Assembly: GCF_001194135.2 (NCBI RefSeq)
Contig: NC_068994.1
Coordinates: 36,495,767 to 36,559,766 of the forward strand
Direction of reading: 5' to 3'
Length of the DNA stretch: 64,000 nt
From: Octopus bimaculoides
Taxonomy: Eukaryota
The position numbers and the translations under genes are program-made. The notes beneath the pieces were generated by a model, which was given only the letters and a program-made list of their open reading frames with translations, did no database searches and had not been told where the DNA came from. Below are positions 13,126-26,868 of the stretch, one piece after another; position 1 is the first letter of the stretch, and each line of letters begins with the position of its first letter.

Positions 13126-15315
13126 AAGTACTGTTGCTGAATATCTCACATTGTGAGATTTAAAAATAGTAATTTTCCAAATGTAGATATATATCTGCTT
13201 CCCGGCCTTCCATTCATTACCACCATTCAGTATTTGCAGTACACTTATTACTACGGTCTGATCCTAGAGTACACTTTGTTGCAAGTGTTCACCCTGGGTC
13301 TTAGGTTTGAATATAACTTCCTTCCATCAGTCATGAAACCTGAAAAGTTTTTATAGGTAATGTCTATCCTCCTCTGACTAAGCCTCTTACAAGCACATCA
13401 TAAAATTAGGACCTCACAGAAGCAAAACAGTGGTGCTTTTGTAGCAGTCTACTGTAACATTACAACACTTATATATGTGTGTCTATTTCACACACACACA
13501 GACACACACACACACGCATGCATATGCATGTGCACACACACGCACACAAACATTCATTCAGAATTAATATAGTCTTTTTTTGTGACAAATCAAAATATCT
13601 ATAGAAATATTTTAAATCACTTAATGGCCAAAAACTGAAGAGTCGTGTAGTACATTAATCCACACCCTAAAAAGATCAAAAATTCTCTTTTGCTAAAGTG
13701 CATCAGATGTTCGCTATTTTTGCTATCATACATCAAAATGGCTAGCAGATGAGTGACAGCCTTATACAATGATGTTTCAACTACATCAAAGGGATTTTTT
13801 TTTAAAGTTAATGTGCACGTGTTATTTTTTTGTTTTTTACCCTGTATATAAATATAAAATTTCTTCATTTATTTCATTGCTTGCTTGAAAAAAATCAGTA
13901 AAACATGAAGCTAATAGATGCAATCTATGTAATTCTAGTTGAAAATATAAATTAATGTTTGATACTACACAAACATACATACGCATTTATATGTGTGTGT
14001 ACGCGTTGCATGAATTTACAGTTGCTTTTATGATGAACATTCCATTTATTTGATCAATGGGATATAATATGAGTGGCTGAATATTTCATGTCCACAAGTA
14101 CTCTCATCACAATGAAGAGAAAGAATCAAGGTGACACTGTATGTCAATGCTGGCCATTTCGAATACAGGTGTAGTACTTCTGAAGCATTTCAATACAACC
14201 CAATTTTACTCACACTGGTTGAGCTGACCTAACATATATATATATATTACATATATACACACATATGTGTGTGTGTGTGTGTGTTTGTGCACACATGCTT
14301 CTGTGTATATGTCTCTCTCACTCTCAGTTTATATGTGTGCATATACATGTGTGTGTGTGTGTGTGTCTGTGTTTATATATATTTATCTATTTCTATGTAG
14401 ACTTGGCAGTAGGGCATGATGCAAAAGGTTAAAATTGAGCTGAACAAAAGCATCAAAGACTTCCACTTTCAATGTTAAAAATAACAAGTAAAAGATTTTA
14501 CAATTTAGTCTGTTTTAACACGAAAAAAAGATAGCATCAAAACACATATATCCATTTATATACTTTGCACACACACGCACACACACACACAACACATACA
14601 TACAATTACATGTGCAATGTGTGTGTGTGTATGTATGTGTGTGTGTGTGTGTGTATGTGTGTGTAGATACGTATATATGTACACTTGCATATATATATAT
14701 ATATATATACACAATGAAAATAATAGTGAAGTCCATGTACATCAAGTAACTAAAAGTTCAAAAGACAAACATGGATAAACAACCCATTTCATCAACCAAC
14801 TTTCTATCTAGACTCATTACCATACATGGCTCATTAGAAATACTTGCTGAGATACTTATATTTCCTGATGAATTAGAGTATGCTTTATTCACTCAAATAC
14901 TCAGTGAGGTCATAAAAAAAGGTGTCATAACCAATGATTGCTGTTGCAGTAATATTGTGGACTGTTATAGAGGCAAACGAGATACACTAGATAGATAGAT
15001 AGATAGAGAGGGGGAGAGAGAGGAAATTAGAGTAACGTCAAATTAGAGGACTAGGTCATGAAAGTTACAGAGTGTCTTTGTAAAGTTGCATGGGATAAAT
15101 GTTTCATGGCTTTCCAGTCTTCAGATTTAAGTATAATTCATTTGTGAATATTTAAATATGTAACCCCACCACATACACACATGTGTGTGTCTATAAATAT
15201 ATATATACATATGTATGTATATTTATATTTGTGTACATATATATGTATACATATGTATATGTGTGATATATACATATTCACATACATGTGGTGGATGAAT
15301 ATGTGTATATATATA

Positions 15316-15929
15316 TTGGGTCATCCTATAAATAAGGTGTTTTTTTTTTATAAATCTTTATTTTTAAAAATTAAGATACACAAAGTTCTTTTTTTATCTA
15401 AAATATACTCTCCTTCATTTTCTACAATGCTCTTCCATCTAGCTGGTAGATTTTCAAGGCCCCTCTCCCAAAATTCACTTGTCTGTGATGTAAAGTACTC
15501 CTCCAGTACTTTCCTGACTTTGCGTACAGAATCCATATTTTTTTGTCCAAATCTTCCAAGATGAGGCTCATCTTCTAAGCTGTAGTTTCTGGCTCGGAAT
15601 GTTTGGAACCACCATTGACTCTGGCTTACATTTATTGTCTGATCTTCATATACTGCTTTAGTATTCCTCGTACTTTCCATTGCATTCTTGCCTTTATTGA
15701 ACTCATAAAGCAAAATATACCAAATATGCTCCTTTGTCACTTCCATTATAGCTTTGAAAAAATAATTCTTAAAATCGAACTGCACTCTTCAAAACTTGCA
15801 CTAAGAATGAGGAAACGGTAAAATTACTACCTGCTTTTATAGCAAGTTGATGCAGGTAGTTTATCTCATCCCCCTCTGACTTTTATTTCATGCAGTTGAG
15901 AAAACCGCATTATTTATGGGATGGCCCAG
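15316..15929 (-). mobile_element. Internally deleted mariner element (non-autonomous)
   Basis: TIRs TTGGGTCATCCTATAAATAA / TTATTTATGGGATGGCCCAG with TA flanks. ORF 15785-15348 joins a mariner N-terminal HTH (HIWYILLYEFNKG...WFQTFRARNYSLEDEP) to the C-terminal end (LPARWKSIVENEGEYILD). The DD34D core is missing. Confidence 0.9.
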
Positions 15930-17524
15930 TATATGAATGTGTGTGTGTATATATATATGTGGAAATGATTTATGCAAAGGAACATTAAAACTTGGAATAC
16001 TTCTTGTCAAGAACGTCAACCAAAATTAGTGTAGTTTTGGTGCATTTGAAAGCTACTTCTCTTGCCATACTTGTGATGATAAATATCTTGACGTGATAGT
16101 GATTGTAAAAGAAAAAAATTAAATGTAGATGATGACATGTAGATGAGATAGAAAACTATGCAACAATACAGGTAATACACTTGAAAGAAAATACACACAT
16201 GCACACACAGACACACACGCACGCACACGTAGTAGTCTTTTCACCGGATATGGAAAAACAGTGGAGTCACCTAGTACCAGTGTGAGGAAAGTAAACTGGT
16301 TCTTTGTAATGTTCACCACCTCAATGATGATCGCTATCACTGACAAGGCCAGAGGAGTAGTAACATGAACTTTAACCCTTTAATATTTGGATTATTCTGT
16401 CAAATGTAATGCTTATATATTCAAATTGTTTTGAATTAATCATGCAAAGACATCGTAGTATTGAAATTTTGAGGATTTGGTTGCTTAGTCTTAGAATGAC
16501 ATTGTAGGATAAGTGTACAAAGCCAGATCTGGCCAGTTTGAACATATAACAGGTAGAATATGGCCAGTTTAAATGCAAACTATGTTGATTTAAAGACTTC
16601 AAACTATGTTGGTTCTTGTCTCCATATCTTATTGTCCTTGCCTATTAATTGCTTCCATATCACACTTTGATTCTCATTACTAGATTTCTTGTGCACACTG
16701 CATCCTAATACAACTATTGGTAGTTTTACTCTCTCACTGGAACCATTTCATCTTTTCATTCATACTTACTCTCTCTCTCTCTCTCTCTCTCTTTTGGTCT
16801 TGCTGGCACTTACTGTTTCTTTCCTTCTATCTTCTCTACCCATTTCCCTTTTTTTTTTTTATTGCTCTTATTGACACTTCTCCAACCCTGCTCTTTATCT
16901 TTCTGTGTGTCTCTCAGCTTCCTTGTGTCCTGCTGTTGCTGATCCCTTGACCAAATCCAACACTCCATTCCTTCATTTTGTCTGTTTTCTTTTATACTTC
17001 CCTCCTATTTATACTATTATATAAATCTTATTTTTCATTATGGGGTCACTTACATACTATTGTTTTCAGTTCCCTCTTGAAAGACTATGATATGTATTTA
17101 TACTTTTTATTGAATTGTACATGTATCTCTCTGTCTATAAGTTTCTACTTCATTTGAATGTTGGCCAGAAGTGTTGTACCATGGAATTTAAATCGTTTGG
17201 TGATTCTAGTTCCTGTGACTGACAAGAGATGTTCCATGTTTTATTGTCCTTTTCCATTAGTTGTTTCTATGTCTCATTTGGAATTTTCACCCTGATTTCT
17301 GGTGCACACTTCATTTGAGTATTATATCTGTCTGTATGTACATACATATGTATTATTGTGTATATCATGGTTTTAAAATTGGATACATTACATTCCAGGC
17401 ATGTTGCAAGAGATGACAGCAGAAATAGCATTCTGTTGTAAAACACTACCATAGAAAACTTATCCACCCCATTCCAGTGTAGAAAATGAACAATAAGGAC
17501 GATGATGATGATGATGATGATACA

Positions 17525-18298
17525 CAGGGTGTGATGGGTAAATTATTGCCATATTATATTTTTAATTTCATGCATGCACATTGTTTTTGATTTCTTTGAC
17601 TACACCATAGAGTAAGGTCAGCTGGGCACCATCTGTGAGAAAATCAGTACCATAACACAATTCACTCAGGCAGAAATTTAGAAATGTTATACTGTACTAT
17701 TTGGCATTCGTGCTGGAAGCTCCAATATGAACATTTCAGAGTGTTTGGATGCCAATCTGAGGACATGAACTCTTGGACTTCCCACACAGACTCAGACTCA
17801 ACATGGTGCCCTGCATCTAGTGCCTAGAGGAGGTAGTGCTGCCCTGGGTCAAGAGGGTGGCTGCTGAAAGACCCTGTCTGGCAACAGGACTCTGCACCAT
17901 GCCACACAAGCAGGAGAACCCAGTCATGGCTGTCAGACAATTTCTGTGACCACATCATCCCGAACATCTGGCCACTTAATTCCCCAGACTGCAACCCCCT
18001 TGACTATTATGAGTGAGAGACCAACAAAACTCCTTGTAACACCAAAGATGAACTGGAGGCAAGAATTATGGCAGCATTCACTGACTTAAACAAGGAGACC
18101 ATCCAGATGAGTTGCAGGAGATTCCAAAGTCGTCTGGAGGCTGTAGTTGAAGCCAGTGGCGATTTTATTGAATAACTTTACTGTTTAGTATTTCAAGATA
18201 TTTTTTATGCAATTTTGGTAAATTTATCTGTTGAAATGAGATATCAGTGTTATTTTCATTTTTGCATAACTTAGAGGACAGTTTATTCACCGTACCGT
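17525..18298 (+). mobile_element. Degenerate DD37D (maT-type) Tc1/mariner element, internally deleted
   Basis: Translation from 17879: WQQDSAPCHTSRRTQSWLSDNFCDHIIPNIWPLNSPDCNPLDYY, with 37 residues between the catalytic Asps. C-terminus RFQSRLEAVVEASGDFIE*. Degenerate CAGGGTG-type TIR on the left and a weak match on the right. Confidence 0.85.
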
Positions 18299-18305
18299 TA
18301 TATAT

Positions 18306-18478
18306 NNNNNNNNNNNNNNNNNNNNNNNNNNNNNNNNNNNNNNNNNNNNNNNNNNNNNNNNNNNNNNNNNNNNNNNNNNNNNNNNNNNNNNNNNNNNNNN
18401 NNNNNNNNNNNNNNNNNNNNNNNNNNNNNNNNNNNNNNNNNNNNNNNNNNNNNNNNNNNNNNNNNNNNNNNNNNNNNN
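18306..18478. other. Assembly gap. Others: 31809-32378, 36613-36664, 38274-38682, 50862-50907, 57096-58001, 59038-59047, 61401-61755
   Basis: Runs of N, nearly all flanked by simple repeats. Confidence 0.99.
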
Positions 18479-19124
18479 ATATATATATATATATATATAT
18501 AGATAAATAGATAGATATACACACACACATAGACACATATATCATGAATAAGTATTGCATGCATGCAAAAATACTTATTAGAAAATCCAGTGAATTTAAT
18601 GTAGTTAACCTATAGTTTTTTGATGCACATGTAAAATGTATGCAGAAGTTAAAATCTCTTATCATTTACTTCACACAAAGAAATGAAGAAGATTATTCTG
18701 ACATGTTTCATGTTTGCTTGGCCAGTATCAGACTGAGGTATGCGTCATTCTTCTGCCCATGAAGAAAACTTATAGCAATTGCTATTTAAATTAACTACAA
18801 ACTGAAATGGTGTGCTGAATTTGCATATTTTTCATCTGTTAGTAGCATGATTAAATAATAAGTAATTGTAAATGATATCCATTACAAAATCTAAGATAAC
18901 TTTAATGTAGTTACAGTACAGGATTAATTCTCTGGAATGTAAACAGATATAAATATATCTTATCATTCTCTTCACAAACAAAACAATAAAAGGGATTATC
19001 CTGACATGTTTCATGGCTGCTTGGCCACTTGTCTTCTGCACCAGAAGAGAATTTATAGTAACAGTTATTTAAATCAAATGCAAGCCAGATACACATATAT
19101 GAATGTTGGTTGCATATGTGTGTA

Positions 19125-19212
<88 letters not shown>

Positions 19213-22200
19213 AGCAAAATTCACATACATATGCACACACATGTGTATATGTATGTCTAGTGAATAAGTAAATATATATATATGTATGTACATGTGTGTG
19301 TATTTGTGCCTGTTTAAACATTTTTATGTGTATGTATATATAAATATGTTTATGTATATTAATATAAGTGTGCTTTTAAAAATGTTAAAAGCACACACAC
19401 ACACACACACACGCACGCACACATGTTTATATATGTGTGTATTTAAATTCAAGCGATGAGAAAATTTTTGTTTGATTGGGTTGAAATTGCTTTTTGATTG
19501 CATTTGAGACTGATGTTTGTGTTTCTCTACAATTCATAATGACTGTTTGCTCTGAAACAGAGCTGAGATACAATAATCAATAGACATATAGTTTCTAAAG
19601 CCAGTCAGATAGCAATTTTTGCACGTAACCTCTGCAGTGTAAAAGAATTGTTCTGAAGCTGAGCATTTAGCCTTTAATTCAGTTTTACTCTTGTGTCAAA
19701 TGATTCTATTGTTCAGTTCAGGCAAGTAGTTCTTGAACAAACGAACTTTAGAAAAGCTAGTATTGAATCAAATTTTTATTATTTGAAAATAAGCAATTCA
19801 CAACTATAATAATATTCATTCTCTCTCAGACTCATGATAGGCTGTTATGATATCTCCTATCAGAAACTCTAATAGGTATATACAATAAATTTCTCCTTTT
19901 TTTTCATTTTTCTTTTTTCTTTTGCAATAGGGTTGCTGGCAATGTTATTTATATTTGAAATGTTATCATTGTGCTATTTTTGTTTAAAATGTGAGACAAG
20001 AAAACACATTTATATACATACAGACATAAAATATAATTTATAAATATGAAGTCAAATTCAGAAAATAATGATAAATTACCAATAATTCAATATTTCTGAG
20101 AAAATATGTATATTTTATATGTGTTTAAGTTAAAATAATTGAACAACATATATGTGTTATACTTTGACACTATAAAAGCACTTTTTTCTTCTGACTCAGA
20201 TTTTTATTAGCTTCTGAAATAGTTATGTCATTTTTTTAATATATATAATAATAGGTTTTTCATAAAATGAAATAATAATTTCAAATTATAGAAATTAAAG
20301 GGTAAATCATCTTGCTACAGTCGCTTATAAAATTGTTTTTCTTTTTTTCTAATTTTTGTGTTTTACATGTATATATTGTTTATTTTTTAGTTTTATTATT
20401 GCCTGCTGATATATTCAAACTGATATATTTGTTTTGGATTAACCATAAATTTGATACAGGCCTTCGAATATTATCTAAATTTCAGTATTCATTTAGTACC
20501 ATAGTTTATAAGAAAATAAAATCCTTATAACATAATCCAGTTTGAAATATTTTACCTGTTTCAGTTGATTTTGTATTTCCTTTTCCTGCTTATTGCTGAA
20601 TATGTTGAATTGTTTGTAGGTTCCTTTTAGTAATTGGTAAGCCTTTTCATATATATGGTACATCATTAGAAAATAACTTAATGGCTGAAAATAATTTTAA
20701 TCAGCATTACTAAGCTTAAAGAAACAAAATATCAATTTTAGTTTAATTTGTATCATTATTTAATAATAAATAGCCTTACTATATTGAATTTATGATTAAT
20801 TATTGGTCTAACATATAACTGACATGTAAAAATTTAACATGACCTTAAGTGAAAATAATGTGTCTTTTCATTTTCAAATTAAGAATTTTTTCATTAAATT
20901 AGTAATTTCAAGCATAGAAACAATGTTAATATTTAGAACCAATAAATATTTAATGTTTCTAGTTTTCTTTAATGTGTGTTTTCTTAATGTTTTGTCTGTT
21001 ATGACCAAGGAATTGAAACTGAACTCATTAATTCTTTGTACAATAGATTTCACTTTGAACCGGTGTAAGTGGTTTGTATAAAAATTGTAAAACTGAAGGA
21101 AATTATATACTGTTCACTAGCATGATAACTAAGCCTAGTCTTTTTATTGGAAAGTTTGAGAGAAGTATATATGAAAGAACACTGATACACTTGTTCTAAC
21201 CAAACTAGAACAGAAAATCATAAAAGCGTTAACAGTGTGTATTGAATGAGCAATGGATTAAGGGAAGGAGAGTTAGGGACTATTCAGGTAGAATCAACAT
21301 ATGTATCTGCTGCTTCAGTATGGTTATTAAGGAGATACAGGTAGTATAACAAGCAACCCATGAAGGATTAGTTGCTGTGTTGTTGAAAACATGGATTATC
21401 AGGCAGTGCAGAAAGCCATCCTAAATAATTGTTGTAGAGGTACCCTTATCAACTCCTGTGGGACACACTGGAGAGGAGCTGTTACTTAGGACTTGAGTAG
21501 ATCAATCAAATTTTGAAAGTATATAAAAGAGATTCTCTAAAATTACTACCAGATTATCTTAAAATGCAGTTTCAGTGTGTCTATGACACAGAATCATAAA
21601 TGCCATATTCCTTGTGACAAAATTACAAAAGAAGTTCTTAACTGAGAACAAAACACTACTTTGTATATATTGTTTTGGAGAGAGTATTTGTGAAAAACTC
21701 TTGTTCTATAGTCTGGTTTCCTCTAAGGAAATAAATATTAATGAATGGCATTGATATCAGTTCAAGGCATGAATGAAGTAACTGGAAGCAAGGTTAGAGA
21801 TGGCAGTCTCTGCAGTAAGGAAAGTGCAAAAGAGTCTTAAGATGTTGTTGGTAATAAGGAGTTTATTATTTAATAGCCAGAACATTAGTGGAATATGTGA
21901 AATGAATATCATAGATTTGTGGAGAGTGGATAGAAATAAAGAGACAATATTCCATTGGACTTGTAATAGTAAATTGTATGAAAAATGTAGTACAAACTAC
22001 TTGAGAAATCATTTGTACATTAAAACCATTGGCTGAAGTAAGCAGTAGAAATGTTTATGGTATAAGGACAAGTACTAAGTAAAAAATAATTTGTGTTGAT
22101 AGTTAGATGGTACACACTATGGAGTGTGACATAAAAGATTGAGGAGGAATATTCAGGTGTGATACAGACTGCTTGACTTTGAAGATATGATGATAGATTA

Positions 22201-22309
22201 CAAGTAGCAATAGTCTGTGAAGCAGACTGATGCAATCTAAATTAATATAACAAATGGATTTCAAACTATTGACGATGGTTATACATACATACATACATAT
22301 ACACTTGTC

Positions 22310-22480
22310 ATCATCATCATCATTTTTATGCCCACTTTCCACACTGGCATGGGTTGAATGGGTCATCAAGGTCTGAATCATCTATTGGAAGCTGCTGCTT
22401 CCATGAACTGATATTTGTATGTGGCATTTGACTTGGTTTCTATGACCAAGTGCCCTTCCTATCCCCAACCATTTTACACA
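22310..22480 (-). mobile_element. Family C repeat fragment
   Basis: (CAT)n tail followed by TTTCCACACTGGCATGGGTTG and TGCCCTTCCTA, shared with other copies. Confidence 0.5.
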
Positions 22481-22659
22481 CACATGCATGCAAACACATA
22501 TATACATACATAGGTATATGTATATGTGTGTATGTGTGTATATATATATATAACACTTATACACACAAGGAAATATGAAGTGACTGTTATTTGAAAGTTT
22601 TGTAATGGCTCATCTGAGTGTACTATTATTGCTAGTGAAGCATTGAAGGCAAAGAAACG

Positions 22660-22765
22660 CTGTATTCTTGCCTCATAACTAGACTGTATTCTTGCCTCAT
22701 AACTAGACTGTATTCTTGCCTCATAACTAGACTGTATTCTTGCCTCATAACTAGACTGTATTCTT
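22660..22765. repeat. Perfect 24-bp minisatellite, 4.4 copies
   Basis: CTGTATTCTTGCCTCATAACTAGA four times plus CTGTATTCTT, with no mismatches. Confidence 0.97.
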
Positions 22766-23066
22766 TGAGTCATTTCCAGTTTCCAATGGCTTTTTTCATT
22801 TAATTTTAAGAACATTAACTTCAAATCAAATATATATACAATACATATATACATGTATAAGTTTGTTTGTATAAATGGGAGGAAAAGAAATGAATATATA
22901 AATTTGAGTATGTTTATCATTTATTAGCAGTGAAATTACATAAGTGACTCAAAAGTATAGAGTTTTGTGCTTAGGAACTTGGCAACTGTTTTGGCCACTT
23001 ATATGACTTCACAGTGAATAATACAATTGGATACACATAAATACACATACACACATATATGTATAA

Positions 23067-23106
<40 letters not shown>

Positions 23107-24470
23107 CCATATGTCATGACAACCTCTATGTGTCCAAGGAGTTAAAAACCCATGAGATGGCATATGTATATGTGTGTGTGTATACATATATATGTAGGTG
23201 AGTAGGTCAATATATGAGTTTATGTATGTATTGTATGTAGGTGTGTGTATATGTATGTGTGTGTGTATCTGTGTGTGTATATGTATGTGTGTGTGTATCT
23301 AAGTATGTAAATGTATGTGTGTGCATGCATGTCCACACATGCTGAAATATGTATTTAGGTTAATATCAGGTTAATAATACAATAAAGTAAATGATAATGT
23401 TATTGTTGAAGAATCCATTCATTTTTCATTATATATATTGTTCTTATTTTTGTCACTTGAAAGAAAAACCTATTAGTATCTCTGTATATTGTTTCAATAA
23501 GTGAAGCAGTGTAGCAGATTGTAAGATAGATTTATATCCTTTCATGGTTGGCAAAAATTGGCCTTGTTTTCCACAGCAACTATTGCAAGTTGAGAGTTGT
23601 ATGAAATTTGGTTGTTTCATTGGAGATAATTTAATTGTTGGTTAATGCTGCGTTACTTTAGATGTTAGATGAGGTCTATACATCAGAGGAAAGCGTGTCT
23701 CAGGAATGACTGCTTTGACATAGACTATTAAAATTGAATAAGGTATTAGAAATAGCCACATTGTAGTAGGACCTGTAATTCTATTTCTGAAGTACACTGA
23801 AATCTGTCCAGTAGATTAGTTCTAGTTCAATGGCGTATGTGTTTGCACATCGTTCAAGTATACTGGGTAGTATTCAATTGATGTTTAGGATCATTTACTT
23901 CTCTCTCAAAAAACAGCAAAGTAGCTGACCCCATGGGCAACATAAAAGATGCTTGTAACAGAGATGTAATGTTGTGAAGAGAATTTATGCATGAGTAGAG
24001 CCTCATATAACAATATTGAGTTAACTCTTTTTACTGTCAGTGCTGTAGCAAACAGACATATCTAAGTATTTACATTAGTTTCCAAACAGCAGTCCTTATT
24101 ATTTGATAGCAGACATGCAAGTTACTTACATTACGTGCTTAAATGGATTTTGTGAGCATAGTTCTCTGACAGACTACGTTTTGAATAGTGTTGAGATATG
24201 CTCTTGTAAAATGTATACATAAAAATATCCCATGAGTATAGTAACTTTTATTTGGTAAGAGTTAGAGTTATTATATGATAAAATATCCCTTATTTGTAGA
24301 TTGTCAAGTTTGTGAATACAAGCAACAATTGGTTACATCAACTTGTGTAGATTTTAAGTTAATGATATTTTTGTCTTGGTTAAAATATCTAAAGTAATGG
24401 TGGTTCATACATTTGCTTGATGTGCCAGTGTCTTTAGGTTTGCTGAGTGGCTGGAGTAAGGGCTTCTTAC

Positions 24471-24509
24471 CTGAACTTGCAGTCTGTTCTTGCGGAAAAT
24501 ATTTTAGAC
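24471..24509 (-). CDS. Protocadherin cytoplasmic exon 3, short form (G-LKYFPQEQTASS-G). May extend to an alternative donor at 24411 or read through to the stop at 24304
   Basis: Acceptor CTTTATTCTTGTACAG|GT is phase 1 and matches exon 2. Donors TCAG|GTAAGA (39-nt exon) and AAAT|GTATGA (99-nt exon). Frame stays open to TGA at 24306-24304. Confidence 0.72.
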
Positions 24510-24789
24510 CTGTACAAGAATAAAGATTCAATAATATAAAATCATATTTGAACATATTTGCATGTGAAACTATAAAACATGCATGTCAACAAAGATATAT
24601 GCATGTAAAAGTATACAAACTTCTTTTCTATGTCATATTACTAATATGATTAAATAATGTAGTCGTAAAGTGTATGCATGTATGTATAGGTCAGTTTTGT
24701 TCTTTACTAATGATAGAAATTATTATCAGTAAATAAATTGCAGTAGTAGTGGCAGCAGTAATGGTAATTATTAATAAATAACTTATTCA

Positions 24790-25075
24790 CCATCCTCATT
24801 ACCATTTTACATCTGCTTTACATACTGGCATGGATTGGATGGATCATAACAAGTTAGTTTTCATTTGGAGTTACTGCCTTTGTAATCTGGTTCAAGATTG
24901 ACGTCGTAATTATACATTTCACTCTTGGTATGATTTCTATGCGTACATGCCCTTCCTAACACCAACTTATCTACTTGATTATGTTGTCTCTGTTCACTCA
25001 CCAACAACTTTACAGAGTGTATTGGGTGCTTTATATCATGGCACCAATATTTGATTGACTGCCTTGTTACAGCAA
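24790..25075 (-). mobile_element. Family C repeat, in protocadherin intron
   Basis: ACTGGCATGGATTGGATGG...TGCCCTTCCTAACACCAAC...ACTTTACAGAGTGTATTGGGTGCTTT, co-linear with 56320-56560. Confidence 0.55.
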
Positions 25076-26039
25076 GCATAAAACAAAAAAATCTTCTCTA
25101 TTCTACATTGTCTTACTCTTTCAAGATTTTTATGACTAAGAGCATTGAATAGGAAAGGATAATAACTATGAAAGTGAAAGAAGAGACAGTAGGAATGTAA
25201 TGGAAGAATGAGATTGAGAAGAATGTGACAGAGAGACAGTTGGTTTTGGTATGAGGATGAATGGGAAACTGTTGTTGTTACTATTGTAATGTTTGTTGTT
25301 GATGTATGTTGAAGTACCAGGTTATTTTTAATAAAACTGTTAAGCGGGATTTTATCCAATTCATTTAGATTAAAGATTTCACAATGATTGTGTCTGTAGT
25401 CCATTACTTGAGACAAATTTTGTCCTTTAGATATTTATTTCATTCATTTTAATTGTCAGTAACTAATAATATAAGCAAGCATCTTCTGGGTGAGTAGGAA
25501 GAAAAGTTAGTTACAAACCAATGTAGCACCGATTACACCCACAAAAGAAAATTTGGGGCAAAATATTAATATGGAGTTTAAAAAGAAAAACAGTCATTTA
25601 CACTTAAGCATATAAAAAAAGCAAAAACATGTGTAGACATTGATGTGTTGCTTGTTGTCACTTTTGCAATATAATATAAGTAGCTTGTGTGGATATGATA
25701 TGAAATAGTACGTAAATATGCAAGTCTTTACACTCCTTTAAAACTCAAGAACTTATTCCAGGGCTATATTCCATTAAAGGAGAAGAAAGGAAAACAGCGA
25801 CATTGGTTCCAGTAACAAAAGGTGATTATGTTCATGGGATGCTCTGAAGCAACCTAGGTGGTGACTTCAAACTCATGTGTGGGTGGGTTGCCCTTATTTT
25901 TGTTCCACTCTTCATTTTTATATTAATATACTTTTGTGTATCCTCAGATATATTATAAACCTTTTTCATAACATGTATGAATGAACTAGACTTTATGGGA
26001 AATTAAGTGATAAGTTATTGTTGCTGCAGTTCTTGTGCT

Positions 26040-26235
26040 ACATAAAAAGCACCCAGTCCACTCTGTGAAGTGGTTAGGATTAGGAAGGGAATCCAGTCAT
26101 ACAGACCAAGCCAAAACAGACTATGGAACCTAGTGTAGTCCCTGGCTATATCAGTTCCTGGTATGTCAAGCTGTCCAACCAATACTTGCATGGAAAATGG
26201 ATGTTAAATAACGATGATGTTGATGACAACGACGG
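26040..26235 (+). mobile_element. Family C repeat, in protocadherin intron
   Basis: AAAAAGCACCCAGTCCACTCTGTGAAGTGGTTAG...CAAGCTGTCCAACC...GCATGGAAAATGGATGTTAAA followed by a GAT-like tail. Confidence 0.55.
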
Positions 26236-26868
26236 ATTTGCAATATTTTCAGGTTTCTTACTGCTGTTTGGAGTATATTCTTTCTGTAAAACTTCTGAGT
26301 TTCCACCGAGTGCCTTTCATATTTACAGCTTATGTCAGCATTAGTTAATTTTATTGGAATTTAAAATGTTCTAGTCTGTTGTTGCTGCTGTTGATTATGC
26401 ATGTGCATGTGTGTGTGTGTGTGTGTACATATATTTATATACATAAATTTATAGCATATATACATGTATATATATATATATATATATACATATATACTCA
26501 CATATGGAAATGGTTATATGTGTATAACTATATGAACATACATTATTGTATTCTGCATCATTCTTGAAGATAACGTGTGTGCTTAGCATTAGTTTTTTTG
26601 CTATATTCTAAATAAGAGACTAATCCTGTTGATAAGAGTAGTTGAAATTCCAATTCACAAACGATAAATGAATATTGGAGTCTATGTTTAAAAATGGTAT
26701 AGAATGATATGGTTTGAATAAAGAAATCTTATGCCTGAAATATTAACAACTCTCATATAAAATATAATTTATTTCTCTTAAGCTTTGTTTTAAAATCATC
26801 TAAAAAATCACAAGATTTTATGAAAATAAACTTAATCTTTTATTACAAGAATAATGTCAAATTTATAC

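Noticed and set aside
14771-14998. 75-aa plus-strand ORF starting with a true ATG (MDKQPISS...)
   Set aside because: No motif, ends in a (TAGA)n repeat, and has no splice or homology support that I can see.
22660-22765. 24-bp repeat as a CRISPR array
   Set aside because: The units are directly adjacent with no spacers, the context is eukaryotic, and there are no cas genes.
22474-22920. 148-aa ORF containing (RIQSSYEA)4
   Set aside because: Both ends lie in simple repeats, and I found no suitable acceptor tying it to the protocadherin. The periodic peptide is a by-product of the 24-bp minisatellite.
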